A DNA stretch of 64,000 bases, taken from NCBI GenBank assembly GCA_002633005.1, contig NMRA01000149.1, positions 574,487-638,486 on the forward strand, read 5' to 3'. Under the pieces are notes generated by a model that made no database searches, was not told where the DNA came from, and saw only the letters and a program-made list of their open reading frames with translations. The stretch's first letter is position 1, and each line of letters starts with the position of its first letter. The position numbers and the translations under genes are program-made. Source of the stretch: Phoronis australis (taxonomy: Eukaryota > Animalia > Phoronida). Below are positions 24,301 to 37,645 of this stretch, piece after piece.

Positions 24301-27300
24301 GTTTGGTATTGCCTGATACCAAGACGAGCTCTTAAAGTGGCCCGCTGTTTAAGCCAACTTATTGGGTCAGGTCTCTAGAAATAAAGATTTCTAAGAACAG
24401 CAAGCTATCGGTTCTTTCCAAGCCCTCAAATCACCTCTAATCTGAAAAAGTAACAATGAAGTCAAGACCAGATTAATATGACAAGTTTCCTTAATAGTGA
24501 TTTAGATTTCTGGCAGAGGAGGCTTTAAAACATTAGAATGTTATTTAGTAATTCTCAATTATGTTTCTTGTGTTATTTCAAATACTGTGAAGAAATTTGA
24601 AAGGCACAGGATGCAAAACTTGTTCATCTAGAACAAAACATTTATTATCAATCGACAAGAGTTATAACTATATTTTTTTAATAATAAAATTGGTCAACAA
24701 ACCACAGTTATTGTGTGTAATTCATACTTTCATTTCTCATATCTTGCACATGAGTGAGAGTGACTAGGTTTATCATAGTTTGAGAATCACTAGATTTTTG
24801 TTGGCATTGACAAACAAACAACCTGAATGTGACCAAGGTGAGAGAAATGTTTTTGCGCAAACCTTATCAAACCATTTGCAGGAATTACCTTCATCAACTG
24901 GCAGCTTCATTTGAAACTTGACTTGTGCCAGTGTGACCATGTATTATTGGAACAGTTGTTGAACATAACAGTTCTTCACTGTAACATTACTTGTGTATTT
25001 GTCTCTTCCTGTTGTTGGTGTGTTGTATCGCTCTGAGGTTTAGATTTCATTGTTGTAGACTTACTACTCTTGTAGTGTTGAAATATTTAATATTCTGTTG
25101 ATATAGGCGTTCTTCAAATTTGTCTCAAGTCTATGATAGCAAAGATTAATCGTGTAATAAAGCATCTATTGACTTCCTATCTGAATATTCATTACTTTTC
25201 TCCGATTGTCCTCGACAGTGGTTCCAGTCCAACCTCCCCAAGCATCACTTCCTCAGATTGCCAATGTCATGTCACTAGCCCCAGCACCAAGTCAAACAGC
25301 CAGGCAGAAATCTACGGAGACAACTAAGTCATCACCAAAGACCCCTAAGGTGAGGTGTACGTCTAACCTGTTATTACCCTGTTCAGCTCTGTTATGACTA
25401 TTCAAAAAGGTACCAAACGTTTTACTCTGTTTAAACCTATGTGTAAATTTGCACCTATGTCTGGAATTTGGCGCCTGTGGCTAAACTATTTATAGGCAAA
25501 ATCAAGGAGCAAATTTATAAAGTAATAGGTGAGAGAATCGCATGTGTTGATATGCATTCAATTTAACGGACAAGTCAAGTTTCACTCGTCTATTATTTTA
25601 TAAATTTGAATGGAATGATTTTAAATTATTGAAAAAAAAAACATTCCAAGAAAGGGTGGATGTGCCTAAATATTCACTTATACTGTGTATGCTGTGTGAT
25701 TGGTGTGATTTGGTCTCGCAACAGAACACTTGGCATAACTTCCAACTTCCATGTCTTTGGGCTATAATTACTCTGCGCGTGCAAGTGCAGAGTACTGTAG
25801 TTGTTCCTGAGTTTTCTTCAATTTTATTCTTATTACTCTGCGGGTACAAACGCAGAGTTTTACTGTTCTACATATTTTATCTTCTTATTACTCTGTGCGT
25901 TCAAGCGCAGAGTTTTACTGTTCTACATATTTTATCTTCTTCTTATTATTATTATTATTGCTCTGCGCATGCAAGCGCAGAGTACTGTTGTTCCTGGGTT
26001 TTCTTCAGTTTTATTACTATGTGCGTGCGAGCAGATTTTGACCTAGACACTTCAAATTCACAAGTCTTGACTGGTACGTCTAAGTCAATTCGAAATACAA
26101 AGTTTCAGGTCATTTAGTGCAACCATGGGGTCATTAGGTGCATTTTTCTTCAGAAAATTTGTCCTTTTCATTCATCAAGTATTCTGTTGTGTCAACCGTT
26201 AGACTACTGTGATTCTCAGCATTAAGCAAACTTTTCACGGGCTTTGCAAAAATTCTCCTAAAGACGCTTATAATGCACCGGATAGGGTCAATTAGTGCAA
26301 AGGTCATCTAACGTTCAAAATGTTATATCTAGTACATTTTTCAACGAATTCTTTTGAAGTTCAGCACACTAGTGTAAGTCACAATGCCAACTGAACGCCC
26401 TACTTTACTACGCAATAGGCCTAACCAATCAGAAAAATAGGTCGAATATCACTGAGTGCAAACTAAAATTTTAAGCTAGAGATTTCAAAATTACATATCT
26501 GTTTAGTAAATGTGATTGAGTTTGAATTCTAAATTATCAGATCATTTGGTGCGCCCATGGGGTCATTGGATTCATTTTTCTTCTGAAAGTTTGACCAATT
26601 CACTCATGTTGTATTCTGAAGTGCTTAAAGTAAAACATCTGTGATTCTTAGCATTAACCACACTTTAAATCGAGTTTACATTTATTCCCTCATCCGGGCT
26701 CAAAATGCACCGAAAGAGGTCAATTAGTGGAAAGTTTATCAAAATAGTAACATGTTATTTTTCCTACAATTTTAAAGAATTCTTTTTCAAATTGGTTAAT
26801 GGGTTGCTGTCAGTAACTTCCCATAACAATTCGTTTAATGCACACGCGTAGAGTCCATTATTGTCACGCCGTGACAACGATCTTTTTAGTTCCACCTGCG
26901 AAATCTCTGAGTCTAGGGCCTGTTCCAAGAAAACTGACTAAGACAAGTCAATTTTAAGATAAAACTCAAGTCTTACGTCAATTCCAAGAATTTGATCTGA
27001 AAGATGTGTTTGCATGCTCCTAACTATGCTAATGTATAGCAGGAACGAAACGACAGTGCTATTTGAACATCATCTACGCTACACTTGTAAATGTGAAAAT
27101 AAAAAATTCTGCAAATAGGTGACCTTTGCACTAATGATGTACTTTGGGGGCTCACATAACCGGCATCATGCTGTGTTGTTCCTCAACACCACATCATGAT
27201 ATTTAGTGGACACGATAGAGTGATTTACGGTGGATCATTTTCGACACAAAACTTGTTCTTAAAAACATTTGACAATTTTCAACCTACTTCATGTTCACAT

Positions 27301-30300
27301 GGTAGCTATGTGTAGTGTTTCTAACGAATTTGACGAGGAGTCACAGAATAAGGAATTAGCGTGTAAGTTCCAATTTGAGTTTTTGCTTAAGTTTTGTCAT
27401 AAATTTGACGTAACTTACTGGATGTGGAAGTTTCAAAGTTTGGAGGTTTGGACAAATTTCAAGTCAAAAGTGAACTTTTAATTGGTTACTTGGATTTGGC
27501 CCCTGGTCTGTTGTCCCTCTTGTTGTCTATGTAACATTCTTGGGTGCTTACTGCATGCTCTAATTGGCCCCTGGTCTGTTGCCCCTCTTGTTGTCTATGT
27601 AACATTCTTGGGTGCTTACTGGATGCTCTAATTGGCCCCTGGTCTGTTGCCGCTCTTGTTGTCTATGTAACATTCTTGGGTGCTTACTGCATGCTCTAAT
27701 TGATCATATAAATGGTTTTAATTGGTTTTTTAATTGTTGTTTTTGCTCCTTGTGGCAAAGCCTTACCTGTGTACAAAAAATGAAACCATGAAATTTAGGT
27801 ATTTTTGCCTACTGTGAGAACAAAGTTGTAATGGGAAGGTTTTGTTTTCTGTGAAGGTTTCGATGCCCCAAACCATCGTGCAAAAGGAAGTCATCATTCA
27901 GTACCCGCCTCCCAAACACGTGAAAAACAAGTCCCTTCTGTGCAAGCCTTATAGTCAGACCAAGGCTACGAGTTGCCGGCCTCACTCTCAAGCAAAGGAA
28001 ACTCAGACAGGTGAGTGGTTCAAATGCATTTTGCGACAATGGTTCAGTTTTACTGTGGTAGGCTCACAAAATTGTTGAAGCAGTTCTTGATAACTTCTTG
28101 ATCTTGTGAGAATGTTTAACCTCAGTGAATGTAGAAAGCTTCTATTTTGTAACTGTTCTCGTGTGTGTTCAAATTTGTTTATAATGAGTGTCTGCATTTG
28201 TTGTTTCTCAAATAGGAATTATCAACTTAATATTGAGATATCACAAGAAATGGTGTGAATTGCTTGTGATTGTATGGAATGTGTTTGGATTTGGATGTTT
28301 TCATATTTGATTGGTTCGAGTTTTTTTGGTTATGCATTTGAGTTTCGAAGAAATTTTAATCACTGATAGTGAAACAGACCTCAGTGGATTTACTGTGAAG
28401 TTGTGATGGTCAGAAAAATGACATATTTGAAGGTATGTGACTGGAGAACTAGTGAAGCTCAACCGGTGATCCCAGAATGACTATTAATGCTCATTGAGAA
28501 GAGAACAGTTAGTTATTCATGATCCTTCCTCTTCTGCCTCGGGTGTTGTGTGGATGATAAAAAAGACTTCCGAAAACCCCAATCATGAAAAAGCCTTCAT
28601 GGTAGCACTTTGGGAAATAGGGTTTAATATATCCTCCGTGTCACACTTTGAGGATTGTTTTGCATGTCTGGCAAATGTGGAAAAATGTGTTCAATACTTT
28701 CTCAGTTTTTGGTCTTTAAAGGGAATGTTGTATTTCACGTTGACCAGTTGTCTGTAGAAGCATCATTGGACTTCTCTCATAGTGGCCAACCTCCCATCAA
28801 AGTGAAAACTTCCTCTTATAACATACTTTAAAGCAGTACGCAGCGCCACCTTTGAAAATCTTGTTTTGTTTTTAGTATTCCTTATTTCAGGTGATTGAAC
28901 CACTTAGCAGATGGAGTTAATGATTTCTTCAACATAAAGATTCACTGCACCTGTAACTTGATCTATTTTAGTTTGTAGTTTGTGATTTCAGCTTGATTGA
29001 ATTAGTGTCGTGTGGATCTTTAAAAGCTTTGGCTGCATGAGGATGTTTGGAGCAGCAGTACATGTTTCTGAATACCCTCCAGAAGTCTTTTTGAACACAT
29101 GGAGTACTGCTGAAATAATCCATGTACTCTAACGTACTTGCCCACATGCCTTATTTTGTGTAGGAATATAACTGTACAATACTTTCTTACTTCGCTTGTA
29201 TCAGTGTACCCATGATCGATAGTGTACCCATGATCGATAGTGTACCATGATCGATAGTGTACCCACGATCGATAGGGTACCCACGATCGATAGGTTACCC
29301 ACGATCGATAGTGTAACCACGATCGATAGTGTACCCACGATCGATAGTGTACCCACGATCGATAGTGTGCCCACGATCGATAGTGTACCCATGATTGATA
29401 GTGTACCCATGATCGATAGTGTACCCATGATCGATAGTGTACCCACAATCAAAACCCTCGCAATTTTTGTTGAATAAACGAGTATTTAATGGTCTTATGC
29501 ATTACAGCGAATTTCGTTCAATCAAGTCTCAGACGCAAACAGCTTGTACTGCGTGCATGACATGTTGTTAACTGAATCACCCGTGTGCAAAATCTTTTTT
29601 TAATGCGTGTAGTAACAAGTTTCAAGTAGCAGAGGAAGCAGATGATAGGCAAGTTTCCATTTTTGAAAAAAATGCAAATTTGAAACAGAAATGTAGATTG
29701 AATTGTACTGAAAACTCCTACATTTATTTTAATCGAATTACTACTTGTCAGGAAATCACTACGACTTCTAGAGACGCGTTTTCAGAAACTTCAAGTTGTG
29801 GGGTGTTGATCATTTTTTGTGGGTTAAGTGAGTTGTCTTCTATCTCTTGTAAAATTTTAGTCACTTGACTGATTTTTCTCTTCGGGACACCATTGCGAAC
29901 CCCAGAAAAATATGTTTTATTGCAATGAGTGAGCTGTTCCAAAAATAGCACAGAATGTACTTGGAAGGACTAAATAAGTTAAAAATGTTTTGAAAATGGG
30001 TACACTGTTTCTACACATGAGTCCTGATTTATTTACCAAAATCTACCTTTCTTGTAAATGTCCACCCTAGGCTTCTCAAAACTTTTTCTTTTTAATTGCT
30101 CATGATATAAATGCCACATTCAATTCAATATTTTCTTTACAGATGGTGAGCCAGAGAAGATGCCTGTAGTAATCCCTGTGCCAGTCCCCATCTACATCCC
30201 TGTACCCATGGCCATGTACTCACTGCCCACACCCTTCCCATTTCCTGTTCCTATTCCTGTCCCCATTCCATGTTTTATACCAACTACGAAAAAGTCAACT

Positions 30301-33300
30301 ACGTCCATTTTGAAACACATCAAGGTAGGTTTCAGTGTGTTCTGCTGCTTAACTTAACTGAGTTATGTTTATGTGCTACAATACTAGAGGAGAATTACTG
30401 TGTTGATGCCAAATGGCAACTGTGTAGTTGTATTTGTGAATGGTGTCTTACATCTTGGAACTGAAACAGATTTCCATTCAGTTTGTGAGATCTCCATGTA
30501 AAGTGAATAAAGTGGGTTCTTTAACATGCATGATTTTGTCTGATTTAACATTGATGACGTTTTCTTACACTTTAGGAAATCCAGGAACGCCTTCCATCAG
30601 ATCCTCTGGAGGCAGAGCTACTAATGATGGCTGAGGCTGTGGCATGCTCCGAGAAAGTGACGGCTGAGTCAAGCGACGAGAGTGACAAAGAAGATGGACC
30701 TGGTGAGACCGTAGTCAAGTTGAACTATCCATTTACTAACTGTAAACATTCGGTTTAGTGGTTAGGGCAGTTGAATTGGTAAACGGAAAAGTTCGGGGGT
30801 GGGTAATTACCAGACATGGGTGCTTAAATGGAAAATTTTTTGAGAAATCAGTGGTGGGTGCTTGCTCGAACATGGGTGCTTAACTCTTGAGTCGAAGAGT
30901 CGCCCTGGCCTGCCATGACTTTTGAAATTGAAAACTCAAATGATTTGTCAGATTTTGATGGAACTTGTCACAAAGGTATTTTTTGCACAGGCACCAGATG
31001 ATTTTCGGGTTTGTACTACTTTAGCGCTACCTGTTGGCCATTTTAGTTTTTGACAAGGCATTGCTCTTCTTTTGATTACTGCCGAAATAGAAATTTTTGG
31101 TGAAACTTGACACAAGGATTAATGGCTGGGATGTGCTGGAACCTGTTGATTATTGGACAGATTGGTTTGCTATTGGCAAATGACATTTTATTTTTTGTTC
31201 AAATATTGCTTGTCTGTTGATTGTGATCAAAATGGCTTGACATATTTTTGGATGAACCTTGACAATGGGATGTTTGGTTGTAATGTGCCAGCACCAGTCA
31301 ATAAAAATGGCTGACCTGATTTATGTAATTATATTAAACGAAACTAATAAATACCCTAGAAGGGTGTGTGTTGCAGTGGTGGGTGCATTTCAACGATTTT
31401 CGTTGTTGTTCAAGTCAATGCCACGCAGTCCTGTGCATTTTGAGTAATCTTGATCAGCCTTAACTCATTGTGTGCTAGAAACGCTGTCTCTTTTTGTATA
31501 AAACATTACGTTTTACTGAGGAGAGAGATTAATGTGTTACTGTTGTTTCAGAGAGTGGGTTAGACTCCTACCAAGAAACACCCACAGCACTGAACACAGA
31601 CTCTAACACGTTCGGTGAAGACATTATGCAGATGGCACTTCAGATGGCTGAGATGACAGAGCCTGTTATGGACTTAGAGGACTCGCTGGCTCCTGTCCCT
31701 GTCAATCAAAGTAAGTAGCTGATGGTGACACTTATCTGTTAATGTTTTGTTGCATATTTTGGTGACTGAGGGAGCTTTTACGAGTGTGTTCCTTCATTCG
31801 TAGTGGTAACAATTTCGCTTTATTCCCCCTGTCTAAGTAGAGAATAGTTTGATGCCTTAGAACTAGCATTAGTTGATAGAATTTTTGCGAGATGTTGTTC
31901 CTTTCATTTTTGTGTTTATTTTTCATAGCTCAAGGGGACTTTTCCACCATTGACTCGGAGAGTGGCATTTTCACAACTGGTGCGGCAAAACGTGGACGAA
32001 AACGTCAGTCAAGATCGTCCAAGCGTAACGTTGGAAAGCGACCGCGTACTGCTTCTCCCACTCCTGTCGCACCCCCAGTACAGGTGGCGCCCTCTCCAGA
32101 TGCAGACATGCACTTGAAGTATATGTACGGGGTGAATGCCTGGAAACACTGGGTGGCCCAGAAAAACCAACAGCTGGCGGAGAACTCTGATGGACGTGGC
32201 CGTACAAAGAAGTTCAAAACAGATATCTTGGCTTGCACAGCAGATGAATTAAATTATTCACTGTGTTTGTTTGTTCAAGAAGTCCGGAAACCCAATGGAT
32301 CTGAATACGCTGCTGACAGCATTTATTACCTCTGTTTAGGTATTTACTTATTTTGTCTTCCACAAATTCAAATGCTCTGTGGTCTAATACCATTACATTG
32401 ACATTTTGTGGTTGTGATTTCAATTTCAAATACTTACAGTATACATCTTCTGTGCTGACACTGCTTTTGTTTACGTACTGTTTTGAGGTCAAAATACCTC
32501 ATCTCTTAGAAACCTGGATGGTACTTTGCATCTGGCCAATAGATGAATACAAGAACCACTAGCACCAACTGCCCACATTATCCCAAACACTGATGTGTTT
32601 CTTTTTCATGAAGCAGAGCAGTTATTGTCTCAGCTACGGCCAGTCCACCCTGGGTATCAAAATCTGTGGTGCTGGTCAAAAAACTTCCAGGAATGTCTTA
32701 AGTGACTGTAAACCTGCCTTTCATGACAAAAAATGAGTTAGACCTGTCATCGTTTTGAAATTGGTCTGAAATTGTTTCTTAGTCAAATTTAGTATGATTT
32801 CTGGGCTTGGAAGGAACTGATAGTTGGTGATTGGTTGAGTTGAGTTGTAACAGTTTGTCAGTGTATTCCCTCACCATGGTTGAGTTGAGTTGTCACAGTT
32901 TGTCAGTGTATTCCCTGAGCATGGTTGAGTTGAGTTGTCACAGTTTGCCAGTTGGTGATTGGTTGAGTTGAGTTGTCACAGTTTGTCAGTTTATTCCCCG
33001 AGCATGGTTTCTAGCTATATCAAAATGTTACTTCTTTGCAAGACCAAAAATAACTGTCTGAGTAAGGAACTAGCTGAGACTTATTGTATTCCATAAGGTT
33101 CTAAATCAAAATTTAGTTTCTTCAATGTAAAGCAGGTTTATTGGTTTCTGCATTTGAAAACCACTGTCAGCTGGAATACTCACTAAACATGATGTGGTGT
33201 GCTTATTATTTTTTCAAGTGTTCAAACGATGAGATTCGTATTGGTAAGGCTGGGTAAATATTAACTACCAGCATTATAAACATCTTCCATTAGCTGTTAC

Positions 33301-34771
33301 AGTCTGTTGTCATTTTTCATCTTTGTCCTGTAATATACCACTTTTCTTGTATTTGTTGTCTTTCAGGTATCCAACAATATCTATTTGAAAATGGTCGCAT
33401 CGACAACATCTTCACTGATTTCTACTATGAGAAGTTTACTGGATGTCTCAACAAAGTGATTGGTCTATATGAAGCGCGTCTTAACGGTGAAGGTAAATTT
33501 ACCTCGCAGATGTTTTTTACTGTAAATTTAACAGACACAACTGGTGATTCTCAAGATGCATTTTCCAGCACTGTTGTTACCTTCTGATGTTTCCATGTAT
33601 ACACAATGGTGGCTGATTCATGATGATTTATATGTTAGTAACATAAAAAATTCATGAATAACTGTGTGACATATTGAAGGATTTGGTATTTTAGTCAATA
33701 GTGGACTGTTTGCCACATGTTAGAACCCTTGTCATGAGAACAGGACCCTTATCTCTCTCTACAAACCACAATTATAACTCTTACTACACATAAAACACCC
33801 CTGCCAGCCAGTTCTTTTCTCTTGTGTTAAGGATTCATCCTTTAGGTATCACTTGCTACATTTACTGGTAATTATAACAGAAGAAGAGGGGCACTCAAGA
33901 GTCCCCAGGCCTCCCGTCCAAACAACCAGAAAAACCTGTGCGATATTAGGGGTGAAGGAAACTCTTCCTGTCAATTGTGGTTGGTCTCCACAGTGATTAC
34001 TATAATCATTATTATCCTGTGACAGGTATTCTAGTTTGTCGTATTGAAGAGGAGCACCTGTGGGAGAGCAAGCAACTTGGTGCCCACTCACCCCATGTCC
34101 TACTCAACACCCTGGTCTACTTCAACACACGATATTTCTTCTTGCGCTCGCCAGAGGCTCACCTCAAGTTATCCTTCTCACACATTATGAAGCAGTGGAA
34201 GAAGACGGCTGTAACGAGCTCTAAGAATCAGAGCCGTAGTGTGTACTTGCGCTACTATAATCCGGCGATGACAGGTGAGAGGCAGGGGAGGGAGTGTTGT
34301 GGGTTCCAAGTGCTCTCTAATGGAGCTGTTTGTACTGTGAGTTGGGGACTATTATTTATTCTTCATAAAATTTTGTTCTTGCATGTAGATTTACTTGTGT
34401 CTGATTTGACTTTAAATTCTCTTTTATACCTATTTCATTAAATACCTGACAGTTAAGATTGTGTACCAACTTCAGTTAATTTTTTCGGGGTCTGTGAAAA
34501 GTCTTGCATTCTCTGATGACATACCTTAATCTACTCAAGTTGATAAATAATTGCTGTGTTTACTGAACTTCACATGATACGACAAAACTTTTCTGAAAAT
34601 GGTCTGGGTATGTGGGCCCGCCATGCTACGACATCAAATTTTTATGGTTGTCCACTCAGTGATAAGTCCACCTGTGTGGCACCCACCCACCCACCCACCC
34701 ACCCACCCACATACACACACACACACACCCACATACACNTAAAAATATAGGTACATATCACAAACATGTAT

Positions 34772-34803
<32 letters not shown>

Positions 34804-35910
34804 CAACAACCATGCGATTTAGGGGATAGATAAAATTTCATTGCCAGCTGTTGAGACACACAAATCACATTCTACTGAAATTTGAAACTATATCTATGTT
34901 TTGTTATGGTTTCTAGGGATTGAAGTGAGAACAACTGTGTTGGCTGTTCTCCCTGTGGATTTTATTTGAAATCAGATGTGATGTAATGTACATGAGATCT
35001 GTTGACTATTCTGAGAATCAGTGGTTTTATACTGTACGTTGTGTCTATTCAGATCTGAAGAAGAGTCGAGGTCGTCGAGAGCCAGATGAGTCCAATGGTC
35101 TGGAGCAATGCGAGAATCTTGAGAACCCTCTTAGATGTCCTGTGAAACTGTACGAGTTCTACCTGTCAAAATGGTAAGGCAAGCAGGGGTGATTAGCTGG
35201 GTGTTTTATTGCACAAAGTCTGTATTGAGTAACTGAAAGCTTAACGTTGGTATTTCATTTCAGACCTCTCGCTTCTTTTGCTTTGTATGCACATCAGTTG
35301 CAAAACTTTATCATCCTTTGTTGCCCTTGTGCCTCCATTCTTTGTTACATATAAACTACAGCACTGAAAAAGTGGGGGGCTATAGCTTCTCAATCCCCCT
35401 GTGGTGTACCGCCCATAAACCATGGGTGGCTCAGCACTGAAAAAAGTGGGGGCCTATAGCCCCCCAAGCCCCCTATGGTGCGCCGCCCATGAACTATGTG
35501 TGAATTTTCATCTTTTTTGGTTTCCAGTTTCCTCTTTTTCTTTTTTATCATTATTTTGACTTTATTCATGCACAAATGTTTATTTCAATTAAATTTTACA
35601 ACACAAAATATTTCTATCATACAAGCCTATTTGAAGAACAATACATCACTAGGAAAATTTTCCTCTTTTTCGTCATTGGTCATTCCAAGCCCTGAGAGAT
35701 CAATATTGTTTCTGTTGCAGCCCAGAGAGCATCAAGAACCGTAGTGATGTGTTCTACCTCATACCGGAGCGGTCGTGTGTGCCTGACAGTCCGGTTTGGT
35801 ATTCCACACAAGCGCTCGGGTTAGAGGCTACAACCAAAATGATGAACCGTGTGCGGACCGTACGAGAAATACAAGAGTCGTTCCTACTCCACCCCAGTCC
35901 AACTGACTAA
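3373..35910 (+). CDS. ZMYM4: Zinc finger MYM-type protein (ZMYM2/3/4 / woc family), multi-exon, 5' end not found
   Basis: Phase-consistent GT-AG exons: 3373-3524, 4900-6092, 6333-6605, 7401-7477, 9385-9459, 10628-10730, 11842-11945, 12377-12945, 13377-13701, 15809-16235, 25219-25349, 27857-28010, 30143-30324, 30576-30702, 31552-31710, 31929-32339, 33367-33492, 34026-34274, 35053-35173, 35721-35910 (TAA). The sum is 5148 nt, a multiple of 3. Family motifs: CxxC...FCxxxC fingers, [90 protein letters not shown]. The symbol denotes the family; it is probably co-orthologous to ZMYM2/3/4. Confidence 0.93.
4900..6092 (+). CDS. Gene 1 large acidic, low-complexity exon
   Basis: Core of the 409-aa ORF 4880-6109, D/E/S/T-rich. 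Acceptor ttttag|A at 4900, donor G|gtaaat after 6092; phases fit both neighbouring exons. Confidence 0.85.
7684..9282. mobile_element. Non-autonomous Kolobok-like DNA transposon (~1.6 kb)
   Basis: Perfect 14-bp TIR AGGAGAATGCCACC / GGTGGCATTCTCCT with TTAA on both sides (7680-7683, 9283-9286). Purine-purine termini with a TTAA TSD fit Kolobok. Confidence 0.8.
9589..9763. repeat. 27-bp minisatellite, ~6 perfect copies
   Basis: Unit ATTGGGAACATGCTTGATACTATTTTT. Confidence 0.95.
11238..11829. repeat. 50-bp minisatellite spanning an assembly gap (N 11363-11542)
   Basis: Unit GAATAGACTGGTGARGGTGGCTGGATTCTTTGTTGCAGAGTTTGGTGTGT at 50-bp spacing. Confidence 0.95.
14208..14440. repeat. 31-bp minisatellite, ~7 copies
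   Basis: Unit CGCTGGTGTCTGTACCACCTACTTACATGTT. Confidence 0.93.
14760..15522. mobile_element. MITE with GGGCTGTTCCAG termini and a 3-bp TSD (PIF/Harbinger- or Zator-like)
   Basis: GGGCTGTTCCAGCAAAATC...GGGAGGGGGGG versus CCCCCCCTCCC...GATTTTACTGGAACAGCCC, with TCA flanking both ends. Confidence 0.8.
16830..17003 (-). mobile_element. tRNA-derived SINE head with an amplified A-box region
   Basis: Minus strand: tandem GTGGCCTAGTGT / GTGGCAAGTGT units followed by a B-box GGGTTCGAGTC. Confidence 0.5.
18166..18314. mobile_element. Small MITE remnant
   Basis: GGACTCTGTTTCATGAAAGT / AATGAAACCGAGCCC imperfect inverted ends; a similar left end recurs at ~49643. Confidence 0.4.
19696..20858. mobile_element. 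Degenerate TIR element with CRE/ETS-like subterminal motifs
   Basis: The left end AATAG..TTGCGAGTTT...TGACGTCACGGGAAGTGGGGCAA is the inverted counterpart of the right end TTGCCCCTCTTCCGGTGACGTCA...AAACTCGCAA..CTATT. Confidence 0.55.
21273..22850 (+). CDS. Intronic two-exon Crypton/KCTD1-like DUF3504 tyrosine-recombinase-like module, probably catalytically dead (alternative exons of gene 1, or a nested gene)
   Basis: Exon A 21273-21995 (tttag|GC ... G|gtaat). Exon B runs from 22354 (tttcag|GG) to a donor at 22746 (G|gtgaat) or to the stop at 22850. Motifs: [122 protein letters not shown]. Confidence 0.85.
23036..23685. mobile_element. PIF/Harbinger-like MITE
   Basis: Imperfect TIR GGGGCTCGTTCCAAGAAA / TTTCTTGGAAGGGGCACC with TAA on both flanks. 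Confidence 0.65.
25765..26890 (+). mobile_element. Helentron-associated (HINE/DINE-1-like) non-autonomous element with a tandemly repeated 5' end
   Basis: Repeated TTACTCTGCGC.TGCAAGCGCAGAGT hairpin units (25765-25990) and two ~430-bp internal degenerate repeats (near 26105 and 26538). The 3' end has CGCGTAGAGT, the stem-loop GTCACGCCGTGAC and TAGTT. Confidence 0.55.
26916..27503. mobile_element. Degenerate Harbinger-like MITE related to the 23036 element
   Basis: Left end GGGCCTGTTCCAAGAAAACT, right end CTTGGATTTGGCCCC; TSD not clean. Confidence 0.4.
27496..27701. repeat. 68-bp tandem repeat x3
   Basis: TTGGCCCCTGGTCTGTTG...GCTTACTGCATGCTCTAA recurring at 68-bp spacing. Confidence 0.92.
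29203..29447. repeat. 18-bp minisatellite, ~13 copies
   Basis: Unit AGTGTACCCAYGATCGAT. Confidence 0.95.
32822..33008. repeat. Imperfect tandem repeat (~37-46 bp) x4
   Basis: Recurring TGGTTGAGTTGAGTTGTCACAGTTTGTCAGT. Confidence 0.85.
34681..34802. repeat. (CCCA)n/(CA)n microsatellites
   Basis: Seen directly in the sequence. Confidence 0.9.
35360..35492 (-). mobile_element. Duplicated hAT-like MITE terminus fragments
   Basis: Two copies of CAGCACTGAAAA(A)AGTGGGGG..TATAGC...CCCCT.TGGTG..CCGCCCAT. Confidence 0.4.
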
Positions 35911-37645
35911 CCAAGACCATTGGTCGCAGCTTATATCAGCAGTTTAGAATGCAAGATTCCATGAAGTGATACTATAGTGACTGGGTTGTAAAATAGTAGT
36001 GTCTTCAACTGCCCTTTGATTGCATACTTAGGAAGAAACCTCACTTCGCCACTGCCTCACTTTTTACATGACGAGATGTACTTTTTGTGATGAAAAGGCA
36101 TATATAGTTTGTGTGTTACACAAAACTGGGTTTGCTGCATTTTTCACTTGATGGCAGGAGGAGTTGCTGATCTCATTTGATTCCTGTTCATGTAATTTTT
36201 ATGACTGAATGTGTGACCCAGGGTCATATTGAGGTTATTCTGTCAGAAACTTGGTTTGACTCGAGAAAAACACCATGGTTGTCGAGACTTTACGTGCATG
36301 AGTAAATTTAGTCACTTGAAAAGATTTGACTAGAAGACATTTTGGAATTGAATCATCTCAGCTCATGATGGTTGCATGTCTTTTATTAGATGCGTGCAAT
36401 AAGAGGTTGTGCAGTATTTTTTTGAAGTCTTTGAATTTTTGTTAAAATTCATCTAGCTTTCTCAAGGTTATGCCAAGAAGAGACTAGGCATGGTGCTGGA
36501 TCATTTGAAAGATTAGTCACACAGTTTTGCTTTGAATTTTGTCAGAGAAAAAATTACATCAATCTTCTTTGTAAGACTAATTTGCCTTTGAATGCATTAT
36601 CATCTTTATTTATTGGTAAGATTAAGTGTCTGCTGATTGGATGTATATCGGTAGTAGCTGAACTTAACTGTTATAGTTAAACCTCATTACTAAGTGTTAT
36701 CGATACTGAGATCTTGCTTTGCCTGTAAAATTATTCTTTATTTCATGATAGTCTATATTACTATTTAGATGTCTCCACCTTGGTGTTAAGTTGGCAGGAA
36801 GTAGTTGAATTTAGCGCTAAAGTAGTCCAGACCGTAAATGTTGACTCAAACTGACCCAGACTGAGGGTGCTTGAATGGTGAATGGTGAAACGCTTCCACC
36901 CTTGACCAGACATTGGTTTGTCTTATCTGTGGACAATAGCCAGGGTTTTTGGATTTTGAGAACCAGTTTCATCCACTGAATAATGGGCATCTAACTGGTT
37001 CTGAAAATTCTGGACCCCTGCAAGTGACTAGCGACACACATGTGAGCACATTCTGGCTGTTTTGAGGTCTTCCTCACACAGTCTAATTTCTACCCATGGA
37101 AAATGTCAATCTTTATCTGGTCACAATGGTTCCATATACCTCTAGGCTCACCTTGAGTTTAATTCCATTACATCTTTGGAGATATCCTTCTCTGTTATTG
37201 AGATGGAAAAATCTGCTGGTCAGAGCAGTATGTTTTCATGGGAATATTTTAAAAGTTACTGGATGGAGAAAGATGGAGAATTTTGTCTGGTGTTGGTATT
37301 TCTGTTGTCCTCTGTAAACATAACACAGTAAAAATTTTGGCTGTCATAGTAGTTTAGTAACTTTAGTTTAGTACGGCCAGACACAGAATGCAAAAACCTG
37401 GGATGGTTTTACTTCCATGAATATAGCATTAAGTTTGTATTATTTGTAAATTTTTGGTTATATTTGAATTAAATATAATTAAGTCATTATTTGTCCACTG
37501 AGTTCACAAGAACCATGTACTCATCGAATGCTTGAATGTTTGCTTTCAGATTTTTACTTTCTTTCTAGTTGCTTCATTTTTGTGCCACCAACAACAACAC
37601 TGCAATTGTAATTGATGTAATTGTATAATGAGATTTATATTGTAG

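Larger units (their letters stand above)
31929..35910 (+). other. Gene 1 C-terminal Crypton-derived region (SAM-like/QRICH1-like part plus DUF3504)
   Basis: [67 protein letters not shown] and [17 protein letters not shown] are the conserved ZMYM/QRICH1 C-terminal motifs. Confidence 0.9.

Noticed and set aside
9589-29447. Short regular repeats (27, 50, 31, 18 bp) as CRISPR arrays
   Set aside because: Units are head-to-tail with no unique spacers, no cas genes are present, and they lie in spliceosomal introns.
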